Part shown: piece after piece, positions 25,268 through 38,369 of the stretch
Position numbering within the stretch: the stretch's first letter is position 1
How the letters are laid out: every line of letters begins with the position of its first letter
Notes under the pieces: generated by a model
What the model saw: the letters and a program-made list of their open reading frames with translations, nothing else
Database searches by the model: none
Told to the model about the DNA's origin: nothing
Made by a program: the position numbers and the translations under genes
Assembly (NCBI GenBank): GCA_951406725.2
Contig: OX597814.1
Location: 179,118,001-179,182,000 of the forward strand
Reading direction: 5' to 3'
DNA: 64,000 nucleotides
Source of the DNA: Octopus vulgaris
Lineage: Eukaryota

Positions 25268-28081
25268 TGTGTACAGTGCTCAGGTGCACTACAACTCATC
25301 TAAAGTGTATATATAATCAGGTGAAGTTTCGGCGGATTTCGGAAAGCATGAGGGCCTTAAAAGATGCAGTGTCATGGCAGTCAACAACTGACGCAGGCAG
25401 TTTATTCCATGCTTCAGCAACTCTGAGCGTGAAAAAATGTTTCCGAAAGTCATGGGAGCTGTATTGTTTTCTGACTTTGTAGGCATGTCCACGTGTGTTA
25501 GACACATGGAGATCAAAAAGGTGTTCAGTGTTGTTGTTGGTGAGGTGGTTGATAACTTTGTGGGTGTTTACCAAGTCCGTCGCCAAACGCCGGAGCTTCA
25601 GAGAATCCATGCCCAGGGAAACAAGGCGCTCAGAATATGGTAGGTGTCTGATGGAGGGTATGCGTTTGGTTGCACGTCTCTGGACAGATTCCAGGAGGTC
25701 AATGTTCTGTGCAAGATAGGGGTTCCAAACTGATGATGCGAATTCCAAGTGTGGTCGTACCATAGCTGTATACAGTTTTAAATAGATGGCTGGAGAGCGG
25801 CTAACAAAAGACCTGCTGAGTGATGCCAAGACACCCTCGGCCTTCCTGACAATCTTAGAGATATGCTTTGACCAACGCAAATCACTGCTGACAGTGATGC
25901 CTAGGTCACGCTCGCAAGAGGATTTCTTGATATCAGTGTTGTGGAGGGAGTATGTGAACGCAGGGTTTTTTCTCCCAAAATGCATGGTGGTACACTTGTC
26001 CACAGCCAGTTTCAGTTGCCAGTCTGTGATCCATTGCTGCATTGTGTCTAGGTCTGATTGCAGGAAAGAGTTGTAGACATCAGGATCTGTCCTCTTGATT
26101 TCAAGGTACAGCTTGATGTCGTCTGCATATTTCAATACTGTGGCATTCTTTAAATTGGCATCTATGTCGTTAATGTATGCCACAAACAAGAGGGGGCCAA
26201 GGACAGATCCCTGTGGTACACCCGATGACATCTCATATGGTGTAGAGTGCTGTCCTAGAACTGTGACTACCTCCTTTCGGCTGAGGATGAAGGATTTCAA
26301 CCAGTTAAAAAGGTCATCCCCCACACCCATTGCAGAGAGTTTCACCATAAGCCTTTTGTGTGGCACAGAGTTGAAAGCCTTAGCAAAGTCAAGGTAGACA
26401 ACATCCACCCATGAGCCACTGTCAGTAATCTGAGTAATGTCCTCAAGGAACTCGACAAGCTGGTCACTGCAGCTGGAGTTAGGGACAAATCCATATTGTG
26501 AGGGTCGGATGAGACTGTGAGAGCTCCAGAAGTTCCAGAGTGTTTCTCTGACACACGATTCCATCAGTTTTGCAATACAGCTAGTGAGACTGACTGGGCG
26601 ATAGTTGACAGGTGATGTGCGGTCGCCCTTTTTGAACAGAGGAATGACACTGGCAGTTTTCCACTGCTCCGGAGTAGCACCATTGTTGAGACAGTACTGG
26701 AAGAAAATAGAAAGCTGGTGTAAAAGGAAGTGCCTGCCACGTTTGAGAAGCAGGTATGTAACTCCATCGAGACCAGGGGAGGCATAGTTGCGCTTATTTT
26801 GAAGGTGACGTCGCAGCATTGCAGGTGTAAATTCCATAGTTGTTATGGAGTTTGCTGTTAGTGATGGTGAAGATGGTACATTTTGACTTTCAACAGTGAA
26901 TATGTTTGCATAGCACTCGGCAATGAGTTCTGCGCATTCCTTGGGGTCGTCAGTGATCTGGTTTGTGTGAGGGTTGCGAAGAGGTCCCACTGGAGAGTGA
27001 GGTCTCTGCTTTGAGTGCACATATTTCCAGAAAACCTTGCTGTCAGGATTGGCTGCTATGCACTGTTCAAATTCAAGCACTGCTTTTTTTGTCACTTGCT
27101 TGAGATGGTTGGAGGATTTATTCCGCTTCTTCCTGTTGGTGTCTGATTTATGCAACCTGTATTCCCGTTCAGCAGTCCGACGTTCCCTCCTGGCAAGTCG
27201 GACCGCTGAAGTTTCCCAAATTGCCCTTTTGGGGCGGTTCTTCTTTTTTTGTTTACGTGGCACTGATGCTGCACATGCTGCCCATATTGAGTCCAGGATA
27301 CTCTGGAGTATAGTATTCACATCTCCAGAGTTGTAGAATTCACGCCAGTTTGGGTGCTGTAGTTCAGTGTGGTACAGGTTCCAATCTGCTCTCTTCCAAT
27401 CGAAGGAAGCAGATTGGAGATGGTTCAGGTTTTTGTTGCCCGCAAGAGCCAGATTGGCGATGATCATAGCATGATCAGAGTCACCTAGAGGTTCCTCCGT
27501 AGTGCAATTGATAACCGCTTCAGGAGTTGTGGTGAAGAGCAGGTCCAAGGTGTTGTCGCCTCTTGTTGGAGAGGTGACTACTTGTGACCAGTTTGAGTCC
27601 AGCACAAGCTCAACAAAATCGTTTGCACTCTGTGGCCAATGGAAGGTCTCCCAATCGATCTCAGGATGATTGAAATCGCCTGCAATAAACACATAAGTGG
27701 CTGTTTTCCTGGCAGCAGCTCGGAGGACATTGCAAAGCTGTGTGTCCCGATGGTAACTTGGGGGACGATAAACAACGCCAAGCAGGAGTGTTGACATGGT
27801 CATACGCACGTCACAGAAAAAAACTTCTTCTTGTGATTCGTTCAAATCGGCACAAGGAATTACCAAAAAATTTGAACGAACGTAGACCATCACACCACCA
27901 CCACGGCGGTTAGTGCGGTCCTTACGGAAGAGGTTGTACCCCGTAATGTTGAAAACCCCATCACAGAGTAAGGAATGCGCCCATGTTTCCGTGACAGTGA
28001 TGAAGTCAGGGTCAACACTTCTGACGTAGGCGTTGAACAAATGTATTTTGTTGCATAAACTGCGAGCATTTAAGGACAACA
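25234..28081 (-). mobile_element. CR1/L2-group LINE, 5'-truncated at the start of ORF2, with short 3' UTR and (ATT)n tail
   Basis: Long ORF; ~50-nt 3' UTR ending tgtacaca-(att)n at 25234-25268; flanked by TA/CA microsatellites; visibly more GC-rich than its flanks. Confidence 0.92.
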
Positions 28082-28097
28082 ATATATATATACACAC
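25317..28097 (-). CDS. LINE ORF2: APE endonuclease + reverse transcriptase, uninterrupted 926-codon frame
   Basis: APE motifs SLNARSL, VTETW, GGGV, VYRPP, AGDFNHP, TLDL, SDH. RT motifs [49 protein letters not shown]1-type C-terminus TRGH..K...FF..RV..WNKLP. The tracked start is a GTG within the microsatellite, not an ATG. Confidence 0.95.
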   Translation of the reverse strand: MCIYILLSLNARSLCNKIHLFNAYVRSVDPDFITVTETWAHSLLCDGVFNITGYNLFRKDRTNRRGGGVMVYVRSNFLVIPCADLNESQEEVFFCDVRMTMSTLLLGVVYRPPSYHRDTQLCNVLRAAARKTATYVFIAGDFNHPEIDWETFHWPQSANDFVELVLDSNWSQVVTSPTRGDNTLDLLFTTTPEAVINCTTEEPLGDSDHAMIIANLALAGNKNLNHLQSASFDWKRADWNLYHTELQHPNWREFYNSGDVNTILQSILDSIWAACAASVPRKQKKKNRPKRAIWETSAVRLARRERRTAEREYRLHKSDTNRKKRNKSSNHLKQVTKKAVLEFEQCIAANPDSKVFWKYVHSKQRPHSPVGPLRNPHTNQITDDPKECAELIAECYANIFTVESQNVPSSPSLTANSITTMEFTPAMLRRHLQNKRNYASPGLDGVTYLLLKRGRHFLLHQLSIFFQYCLNNGATPEQWKTASVIPLFKKGDRTSPVNYRPVSLTSCIAKLMESCVRETLWNFWSSHSLIRPSQYGFVPNSSCSDQLVEFLEDITQITDSGSWVDVVYLDFAKAFNSVPHKRLMVKLSAMGVGDDLFNWLKSFILSRKEVVTVLGQHSTPYEMSSGVPQGSVLGPLLFVAYINDIDANLKNATVLKYADDIKLYLEIKRTDPDVYNSFLQSDLDTMQQWITDWQLKLAVDKCTTMHFGRKNPAFTYSLHNTDIKKSSCERDLGITVSSDLRWSKHISKIVRKAEGVLASLSRSFVSRSPAIYLKLYTAMVRPHLEFASSVWNPYLAQNIDLLESVQRRATKRIPSIRHLPYSERLVSLGMDSLKLRRLATDLVNTHKVINHLTNNNTEHLFDLHVSNTRGHAYKVRKQYSSHDFRKHFFTLRVAEAWNKLPASVVDCHDTASFKALMLSEIRRNFT

Positions 28098-28189
28098 AGA
28101 TATATATATACATACATATACATATATATATATATATGTTTGTATGTATGTCTGTATTTTTAAATATGTATATATATATATGTGTGTGC

Positions 28190-28231
<42 letters not shown>

Positions 28232-28490
28232 TCTATATATATTCATATATGCTTAGGTTGGTAATTTTCCCCGTTATTATGTCGTGATAAATTATTTCTC
28301 AGAAAAGATCCAGTAGAATATAATACTAATATTTAACTGGCAATTCAAATATTTAAATTTCCTCTATCGCTATCGATTCATACCAAATAGTATTATATGA
28401 CACGGACTTTATCGAGTAACTCATAGAAAGGCTTTCTCGGCATGAATATAAATAGAAAAAGAGAGTGCCAATATCAATGTCAAATTGTGA

Positions 28491-28527
<37 letters not shown>

Positions 28528-28871
28528 CATTGATATATACATATATATACAGACGCATGCATCTCTCAGCGTATGAAAGGCGATGTTGTAGTAATAGTTG
28601 TAAGTGATGGAATAAAGGAATAAACGATAGCTAGCAAAAGTGCACGTGCGTACATAAAAGCATATTGGCAGCATCAGTAAGCAAGCACTTTCGCGTGCAA
28701 ATGCTCAAAGTTGTGTATGCATGTCATCGCTAAGTTTTAGTTCAGGGGTTTTTTGTTGCCCAATACAGAAAGAGCCGGTTTCTAATCTAAATCCAAGGCT
28801 CCTTCATTGGAATTTCAGCATCAACAACAGGGATTTTTTCTATGTATATACGTATGAATGTATGTATATGT

Positions 28872-29268
28872 TTTATTTCTTTATTGCCCACGAGGGGCTA
28901 AACATACAGGAGACAAAGGTATTAAGTCGCTTACATCGACATCAGTGCGTAACTGGTACTTAATTAATCGACCCCGAAAGGATGAAAAGCAAAGTTGACC
29001 TCGGCGGAATTTGAACTCAGAGCGTAACGGCAGACGAAATACCTATTTCTTCGCTACCCAAAGGGGCTAAACTCAGAGAAGAGAAACAAGGACAGACAAG
29101 CGGATTAAGTCGATTATATCGACCCCAGTGGGTAACTGGTACTTATTTAATCAACCCCGAAAGTTTGAAAGGCAAGGTCGACCTCGGCGGAATTTGAACT
29201 CAGAACATAGCGGCAGATGAAATACGGCTACACATTTCGCCCTGCTCTTTCTGCCAGCTCGCCGCCTC
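28872..29268 (-). mobile_element. SINE family B, head-to-tail dimer
   Basis: Two collinear units of gaccccgaaaggatgaaaggcaaagtcgacctcggcggaatttgaactcag; head ggcggcgagctggcag at about 29250-29266. Confidence 0.8.
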
Positions 29269-29270
29269 TC

Positions 29271-29301
<31 letters not shown>

Positions 29302-29404
29302 TGTATGTATGTATAGTGCAATTTTGTTTGTTTTGTTTTATGCATGTATTCCCAAGCATATAGTCTAATATCTAGATATGCTCATATATATATTTAAGTG
29401 ATAA

Positions 29405-29596
29405 ACCTCTGGAAATACAGTTCTATATTTAAGAGATAAAGAATTATGTACATTATTTACAATTGACGAATATTTGTTGTTAACACAACGTTTCAGCTGA
29501 TATACCCTCCAGCCTTCATCAGGGCTTGGCGAAATTTCGAACCTGGATTCTCATTTCTATGGTATTTTTCCGATATCCTTCTTCTTCTTCTTCTTC

Positions 29597-29664
<68 letters not shown>

Positions 29665-29722
29665 CTCACTGCCTGGAATCGAACTCGGAATCTTGGGGTT
29701 AGTAGCCCGCGCTCTTGACCAT
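29405..29722 (-). mobile_element. tRNA-head/(AAT)n/hammerhead element, left arm of a head-to-head pair
   Basis: Minus strand: tggtcaagagcgcgggctactaaccccaagattccGAGTTCGATTCCaggcagtgagctg-(aat)n...CUGAUGA-a-GGCUG(gaggguauau)CAGCU-GAAA-CG-UU-GUGUU (HHR at 29482-29526). Confidence 0.8.
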
Positions 29723-29920
29723 GGGGCATATGGCGTAGTGGTTAAGAGCGCGGACTAATAATAATAATAATAATAACATCGAAAATGCCTTAGGAAGGAG
29801 AACCCAGGTTCAAAATTTCCTCAAGACAACTGATTAAGGCTGGAGGGTATATCAGCCGAAAAATTGTGTTAATAACAAACAAGATGAGGACAAGTATCTG
29901 TCAATTGTAAATAATGTAAA
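29723..29920 (+). mobile_element. tRNA-head/(AAT)n/hammerhead element, right arm (internally deleted, HHR mutated)
   Basis: ggggcataTGGCGTAGTGGttaagagcgcggacta (A box), then (aat)n, then gacaa-CUGAUuA-a-GGCUG..CAGCC-GAAA-aa-UU-GUGUU at 29825-29870. Confidence 0.8.
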
Positions 29921-32900
29921 AAATGAACTTCTGGAAAATTTTACAGATTTTTACAGTTCCAGTGATACACGCACACACACACACACACACACCCAGACAC
30001 ACACACACACACATATATTACGCTGACCATATCTAGTTATTTTGATTATATGCAGAACTATTTAACCACTAGCGTCACGGCCTCTATATTAATCAGCGAT
30101 ATACATACATGCTACATTTTGTGTTATTATCTTTATATTTTTTTTGATATTCATTATTCTCAGATTTTTGTTGTCCCGTCAATATTATTACGTTTTCTTT
30201 CTTTCTTTGGAGGTTGTGAATATAGCATTAGCTTGCTTGGGTTTTTGACTGAGTCTCCAGTGATAACTACCATCAAGAGCAGATTGGTCAGGATAGATGA
30301 GGTCATCCATTTTGACAATCCAGCTTGCAAATTATTACATCAATTGTAAATAGTCATTTCCTCGATATTTCATATAAGACCGTATTTTTGTCAATGTTTA
30401 GTTCAGTTTTCAGAATAAGGCAATCAATTTTAGTACTTTCAGCTTGACTGAAATTGTACTACAGTATTTTTTATGTATCTTTTTCTAAACAATATATGAA
30501 AACGTAGTGAAGCTGGCGTCAGCGATTTCCCATCTGTATACGACAACATAAAAGTTACTACAACGTACCTGCACACAGCGGTACTCTTGTAAAGGGTGTG
30601 TTGTTCTCGTAAGACGGATCCTTTTACTGAGGTGAAAGCGTCTACAAACGATTATATATACATTTTGTCACCAATATCCCGGAAGCCTTCCTCCAGTAAT
30701 TCTACTTAATCTAGACTACGGTTAAGTATATAAATATATCTCTATTTAGTTTTGCTTCATGTTGCCAGTATTTGCGCTTTCTCCTGCGTTGTTGACCAGT
30801 ATTATCATTCCAGTGACTAAGACTTACTTTATGGATTGTATGTCCCAGGAATGCATATTTCCTTAGTATCTCCTATATTCTCTCTCTACCCGTATATGAA
30901 AAAAGGTCGTTATAAATAACTACATACAGCAATATATAATACACATTTTCTGAGATTGCCGAGAAGATCACGTCAGCACTGTAGTCGGAAACCTCCCCCT
31001 GCTTTTCTTCTTACATCCTGGGTTATATGAGGAGTAAGATTCTATGTAAGGTTGGGAAGAATCGAAGATAATATTTTGATTACTATTGATAGAACATGAT
31101 TCTTCGAAACTTACTCTGCCTGATCCATTTCTTTATTGGAAAATTTTGTCGATATCAGCATCTTCTAGTATCGATATCTCCTCTGAGGTTTTACTAAACA
31201 GAGTCTGTAGTCCTTTGGGAAAACTAAATCTATCCAGTTTCTAGATTTCACCGGGAACTCCAACTCAAAAATAGTCGCTGCTTTTCATTAATTAGGAGAT
31301 TAGCCATGAAACTGGCCCCTGTTAATTATGTCAACAAGGATTGAACTGACAAGTTGCTTTATGCTAGCAAACCACACACTGTTTATACCACCAGGCGCAG
31401 ACATTATATGTTGATACTGTTTATTTTATCACTTCAAAACTCTCCAATTACCTGAGAGAACTTCCTTTTCATCAATCCATTTCGGTGTAGCGAGAACTAC
31501 TTCAAGTTTTCCACATTTCTTTGACTCGTTGATAGAAATTATTCATGCCGATCATATCAGCGTTCCATTAGAGATCCTCTGTCTTCTATTTCTAATATTT
31601 GAACTTTCCTGCTGCCGGATAAATTTGAAGCAATGCTTGAGTATATTTGTAAGCTATCTTTCTCAATCGTGTGTTTCTAATATCTAACACGTCAATGTGC
31701 AGTGGGGCTGACTTATTTTCTGTTGAAGCATTTTCAATTTACATTCATTTCGGTTCAACTAATCATAGTGTTTTCAATTAATAAGGTATTAGTGCTGCCA
31801 TACACTACTTGTCGATTACACGGCATTCCAGGTCGATCATCGACTCGTTTTACACATCCCATTGGACAACGTGCCCTGTACATCATTTGCTTTAATTTCA
31901 CTTTCTATGTATAATCCGAGGTTATTTAGCAACTACCTTGCCAGGTTTAGGAGGTGTCAGTTTTACATTCGATCCAATAGTTTGCGCCTATACAAATCTG
32001 ATTCAGTGTACCTCCCTTATATCCTGCTGTTGTATAATGAAAAGAAAAAAGGGAAGAGAGAGTTGCATGGTGTTGTACATAGCGAAGACAAACCAACGTT
32101 GTTTGGATTTGGTTTCCTGACTGAACACGCTGTTTATCATTGCTAGATAGAGCTCAGTACACATAATTATTAAAAACTCGCCGTTTGAGTTGCACAAATC
32201 AATACTATGTTTGAACATTAATACAGATAACTTTCTCTGATACAACTGTTATAATGGCGTTACAGAGAAAGTTACGTACTATATATGCTGACATGTTATA
32301 GTAAACGCCCATATTTCCTCTGGAGTTTAAGATACTTACGACATGCACCTCTTAATGTAGTACAACTGTTTTTTGACAGCAGGTATCTCTCTGTCCACCA
32401 TATATATATATATATGTGTGTGTGTATGTATATATACATACATACATACATACGTACATACATACATACATACATACATACATACAACAGTTGTATTATA
32501 GCTTTTACAAATTTTGTAAATTCGGTTCGTTGATAAATATAAAAATATATATATCGAGATTAGATATATCGTTTTTATTACAGTCCCAAAATTTGTCAGA
32601 AAATTCTTTATTTTTCCTCTTGTGTGTGGGTTATCACCATAATTGTTATATAAATAAGCTTTATGAGAGACTTTTGCACCAGTTGGTCTTAGATGCAAAT
32701 ACACCAGATGGAAAAATATTACTAAATATTTCTTTAAATTGAGATAGTGAACACAGCTTACTGCTAGAGGGAATGATCGTCGTAGACAAATACTGTAAGT
32801 AAAAAGAATACATTATGTGTTCTGACACCGGATGTCAGTCAACATGGTGGATTGACATTCATGTTGCCTTTAATTCTAGATTACGGCCTACGAAAAAATG

Positions 32901-33068
32901 TTACCGTTCCAGCTTTGATAACAGCTAACGTTTTTTGTGAGCCTTTTTTATGATGAAGGATTCATTCATCAAATTCTTTTCTATTGTGCAAAAGGGATCA
33001 AAAATCTTTCGGCTGATATTTTAACTTCTTTCCCGACAACCTAAATCAGCCTTCCTTTGCAAGAAACT

Positions 33069-33190
33069 ATCATCATCATCATCATTATCATCATCATCAT
33101 CATCATCATCGTCATCGTCGTCGTCATCGTCGTCGTCGTCGTCATCATCATCATCATCATCATCATCATTATTATTATTATTATTATTGA
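33069..33190 (+). repeat. (CAT)n/(CGT)n/(ATT)n compound microsatellite
   Basis: Direct reading. Confidence 0.95.
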
Positions 33191-33675
33191 GTGAGAGAGC
33201 AGTGCGGGCCATCAAAGTGACACTGGGGTAAAATATACGAAGCCCAGTATACCCATCATGACTACACGCCTGATAAGGGCATACTAGGCACATGCATCAC
33301 AACAACATGTGCGCGACATGGTGATCTCATATTAAGATAAACAGCGCATGTCCTTGAAGGTGGGGCCCAGTCAGAATGTTCTTCTGGTCTAGTAGCCCAT
33401 CCCACTCAAAAGGTTCCTGAATAAGGGTTGTTTAAGGATGTTGAACGAAACACCCATGTTTTCAGAGGTGAATTATTCAAACCCCAAAGAATCCCTCTCA
33501 ACACATGGCTATGATGCTCTCCCTCTACTTCTGCACGTGATCAGAGATGCACATATCGTCACCCATTAAGGGACATGCTCAACTGGTTAAGGTCAAACAA
33601 CTTACAAGTAAATCTGTGGTATTGAGCAGAATATTTGCTGTAGTCCATCTTTTATACCAAGACAAAACAATGTCC
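33180..33675 (-). mobile_element. Second copy of the (AAT)n-tailed retroposon fragment
   Basis: Reverse complement of 9050-9550 with scattered substitutions. Confidence 0.8.
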
Positions 33676-34203
33676 TCACATTTAATATAGGAGCCTACCT
33701 AAAGTGTGTGGAGGAGGTAGTGTTGCCCTGTGCCATGAGGATGGCTGCTGGAAATCCTGTCTGTCAACAGGCCTCTGCAGCATGCCACAAGCAGGGAGAC
33801 GCAATCATTTCTGCGACAACATTAGCCCTAAAATCTAGTCACCTAACTCCCCAGACTAAACCCCAATTGATTATTATGTGTGGAGCATATTGAAGCGAGA
33901 GACCAACAAAACTCCTTTAACACGAAAGATGATCTGAAGGGAAGGATTTTGGCAGCATTCACCAACTTAAATGAGGAGACCGTCCAGAATTTTTGCAGGA
34001 GATTCTGAAATCGTCTGGAGGCCGTAATTGAAACCAATGACATCTTATTGAATAAACAAGATCACCATTGGTTTCATAAGATCATACTGTTTAGTATTTC
34101 AAGATATTTTTATGTAATTTTGGTAAATATACCTGTTAATATTAGATGTTAGTATTATTTTAATGTTTGCGTAATTTTGGCGACAATATTTTCACCACAC
34201 CTA
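33676..34203 (+). pseudogene. 3' half of a DD37D/maT-like mariner transposase with right end
   Basis: YLKCVEEVVLP..; QQASAACH; SPNSPD*..LDYYVWS (frameshifted); NTKDDLKGRILAAF..RLEAVIE; ends tcaccacacc-tata. Confidence 0.75.
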
Positions 34204-34330
34204 TATATATATATATATATAACTAGATATATATATTTAGCTAGATATATAGATGCGCTAGATAGAAAAATAGATAGATAGATAGATACATAGGTAGATA
34301 CATACATACATACATACATACATACATACA

Positions 34331-34362
<32 letters not shown>

Positions 34363-35071
34363 ACATGAAAATTATTTCTATCTAATCACCTGTTTATACA
34401 AATTATTGTTTACACATAGAAGTGCCGAATTGCTGTAGACATTTACATGGCCATTTTGTTTTATTGCGATTCGACGTTGCATTTTTTTAAATATTATTAT
34501 CCTGGCGGCTACACTATATTGATTATTGGCTCCGGCACATCAGTGTTTTTTTAGAGAGAATTATATCTCTACGTTTGTTACTGAATTTAAAACTTTACTT
34601 CATCGATTGTTAGTTGCTTAACGAATGTCAGTGTTACTTTACTATTCTGTAAGTTGAATGCAAAACTAGAAATCAGTGATCGTTTGAAACATGAGCTTTA
34701 ACGTATGCTATAAGATTCATGCTCATAGCGTTCCGCTCACTAACTGAAAGGAGATAGTATAAACTTAGCGATAAGCAACGTGTTTAATATTCATTTTGAG
34801 TCTGCGCTGAACAGTGATATAAATAATATTGCTGAAGATTTCCTGGAAAGGTTTATTCTTGAAGTAAAGAATGTGACAAATTTCTTATTATGTTCTATAC
34901 ATTGAATGGGTATATTAGGAATTCTACGAGAAAGTAATATAGGTGGGGAGAAAAGATATACCTGCATAATATTGTAAAGAGTCACTGACAAGGCTAAACT
35001 ACTCTAATTAGTGAAAATAATTCGAACTTTCCGATGCATTCTTGTAGATGGCTAACTCCTTATTTACCGAA

Positions 35072-35212
35072 GAATCCTTCGGTAAGATATTTTTTATTGA
35101 AAAATATTAAAGCAGTATTATTTTCCAATGAGAAAATATTTGAATCCTTCGGTAAGATATTTTTTATTGAAAAATATTAATGCAGTATTATTTTCCAATG
35201 AGAAAATATTTG
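35072..35212 (+). repeat. 70-bp tandem duplication
   Basis: gaatccttcggtaagatattttttattgaaaaatattaa(a/t)gcagtattattttccaatgagaaaatattt occurs twice. Confidence 0.95.
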
Positions 35213-35508
35213 TTTCTAATATCCGCAAACAAATCATTCAATATAGACATTTACAACACGCTAGCTCTTAAATGCTACTTTATTTTATCCATACCAGTGA
35301 GATGAACTGTAAAGCCGACCTCTGCGGGTTTGAAATCAGAGTTTAAAAGAGCCATAATAAGTACCGCAACACATTTTTTCTAACACTCTTGAATTTTATC
35401 TAAATCCTTGCCAAATGAAGCAATTGAGCCCGTCAGTATAAGTTTGAAAATTGCAGTAGTTAATGCATCTATTAGAGACTTCCCTGGATCCAATGAAACC
35501 TAAGTATA

Positions 35509-35895
35509 TCTCTCTCTATATAAACGGCAGTTTGTCTGTGCGTGTTTCTGTGTGTCTGTTTGTTTGTACCCTCACTCTGACCACGGCTTTCAACCGATTC
35601 TGATGAAACTTGACACACACATAGCCCAATGTCATAATTCAAAACTAACGCAGCGAAAATTTTGAAAAGTTCCCCCAGTTCAGAAAAAGATCGATAAATT
35701 CGACATGGGGTCGACAATCAGAAACACAAACCGCAGATGGTGTAGGGGACGCAACTCGGCCTTTTTAACTATCAAAAAAAAATTTACCATAATTTTTTTC
35801 CCAATTTTTTTTGCTATTTTTTGGCTATAACTCTCTAAAAGTGCTTTATAGTTATTTCCCTTACAAACCCGAGCAACGCCGGGCGATACTGCTAG
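35509..35895 (+). mobile_element. Non-autonomous Helitron
   Basis: 5' A|TC start; 3' GC-rich hairpin cccgagcaacgccggg about 8 nt before terminal CTAG|T; no TSD. Confidence 0.8.
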
Positions 35896-36745
35896 TATGC
35901 AAATAATTTTGCCATTACCCAAGTGTCTATAGAGAAATTATAGTATTAGTAATATGATTTCCAACCTGTCTTCCGCTCGAGAAATATTTGATAAAGCAAC
36001 CCTTTCCCAAAAGTTCTTGTGTAATAGCGCACTGACCGATAGTGACTGTGAAAAGATGACAACATGCATACCAACCCACCCATGCATAAAAATATACCTC
36101 CGAAAATTATATGATCTGCTAGTACTTTCTCCTATTATGTTATGACTAACGTAGAACTGAAATGCCAGGAATCCAAACACTTGCCCACTAGACAAGGCTT
36201 GCTTAGTTAGTTCAGTTGTATACTAAACCTGGGTGAATTTCTGCTCTGCCAAATTAAAGAACCTTAAGACGAAATACAGTCGATTTTGTGACAAAGATTT
36301 GCTAAAGCCATACACTAACCACTACACTTCTTTCCACCACCTTGATAAGAAAAATAAGCGCAAATCTTGCAATCCATAATTGCGACCCGAACAAAAGTTA
36401 CATGCTACTCAATATCTAGTGGAACAACGAAGCGAGATATAGGTCACTCATTAACGGGTTAAAAAAAAGAGCAAACTTTATGTGGGTGTACACATGTAGT
36501 TATTAGATTGTAGACTGGTAGACCTAAGACGACAGCATTTCCACAGGTTTCTGTTATCTAATCGAAAGGGGTGTCTCCTCACCAGATTAGATACACGACT
36601 TTACGTACTCCAATCCCCAACACCATTCCATTATCCCAACGACACATAATTATTTTAAATATAAATATTCGGCATTAAAGTATTCTTCATTGAAGTAGTT
36701 AAAGTGACGCAACACTTATATATGCATATGTGTATGCATGTATGT

Positions 36746-36798
<53 letters not shown>

Positions 36799-36800
36799 TA

Positions 36801-37191
36801 CTAGCAGTATCGCCCGGCGTTGCTCGGGTTTGCAAGGGAAATAACTATATAAGCATTTTTAGAGAGTTGTAGCCAAAAAATAGCAAAAAATGCAGCAAAA
36901 ATGGAAAAAAAAATATGGTATTTTTTTTTTAAATCGTTGACTCATCGGAAACATTTTTAGAGAGTTACTTCCCCTATATAATAGCGAAAAAATGCATTAA
37001 AATGAAAAAAATGATAGTAATTTTTTTTTTAATCGTAGACTCATCGTAGACGCGCGCTAATACCCCGAAGGCTCGATATGAATCACGACTATAAGATACC
37101 CGGTTTTGGTTAAACTGCACCACAGAATGTGGGAGTAGTTAGGAATCTAAATCGTAGGAGACAGACACACAACTTGACTTTTATATATAAG
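36801..37191 (-). mobile_element. Non-autonomous Helitron (same 3' end as 35509-35895, different 5' body)
   Basis: a|ctagcagtatcgcccggcgttgctcggg is the reverse complement of the 35865-35895 end; about 130 bp are shared. Confidence 0.8.
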
Positions 37192-38369
37192 TATATCCGT
37201 GTGTGTGTATGTGTGCATTCGTTTTTGTTTGTGTGTGTGTTTGTGATTGTTTTGTTCTACAAAATTCCTCTCCCAAGACAGGTCGACAATAAAAGGCATT
37301 TGCTCAAGATACCAACAAGTGAAGTCAAATAAAGATCCGCATATTTACGAAACGGAATGCTTAAATGCACATCATAGCTCCTCTTTTGTATGTTTTCTCT
37401 CATAAGTCGTCTTTTAGATTTGCATCTGAAATATTTGCAGACACTGTATGATGCCTTACAATGAATCGATACTCTTACAACTTTTCTTAAATGTTTATGG
37501 TGTTTTGATATATCTAAAGTCATGTGAATGAGATCGTAGTGTGCGAAATAATTGACATACGAAGTTAGATATAAACAATTGTTTGATTCTATGTAAATAT
37601 ATTGAAAATGCAATGCTAAATTCATTTTGTTTTAAATATTTATCAATACAATTCTCCTTACACAGTACGTTATATTATATAGCAAATTAGTTCAGCTAGT
37701 CACGGGAATATCACTAATGACACATTTTTTACGAGAGAAGGACGAAAGACTGAAGTAAATTAGATTTGCACTAGAAATATTTTGAAAGTTAAATTGGAAA
37801 ACTATAGAAAATGTCAAAATTGCTTAAACCTTATGGAAGATAATCCATCTTCGCAAGAAAATACGAATATCCTTGGGAGCAGATGTTAAGGAAATTAAAA
37901 GTCAATACTAAAATTAATATATGAACACTATATATATGTATTTATGTGTATATGTACATGTGTGTGTGTATGAATGAGCATGAGTGTATAGTGTTTGGTG
38001 GGGGTTTGTATAGGCATGTATTATATTATAGATTATATATGTTTAAGAGTTAATAACAAAAATATTGACGTTTTATGCAATAAAATAAAGAGTATGAACA
38101 TGCATAATTGTTGCTTAAGTTCTTCTGCACTTAGGTTATATTTGAGAGAGCGCGGGTGAGAGAGAGAATGTGTGTGTGTGTATGTATGAGCGATAGAGCG
38201 AGAGAGAGAGAGAGAGAGGGTGGGGGAGAACTCTATCATGCAATCCTGTCACCTTTAAAATTTACTAACTCACAATTCTGAAAAACTGGCCTCGCTCTTT
38301 ATAAACCGCATATTACGATTTATAGTATTGAACTATCCGTATTATGTACTCCACATTATTTAATATAAG

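Noticed and set aside
25437-27781. Short ORFs overlapping the LINE on both strands
   Set aside because: Shadow ORFs of the GC-richer ORF2; no independent motifs.
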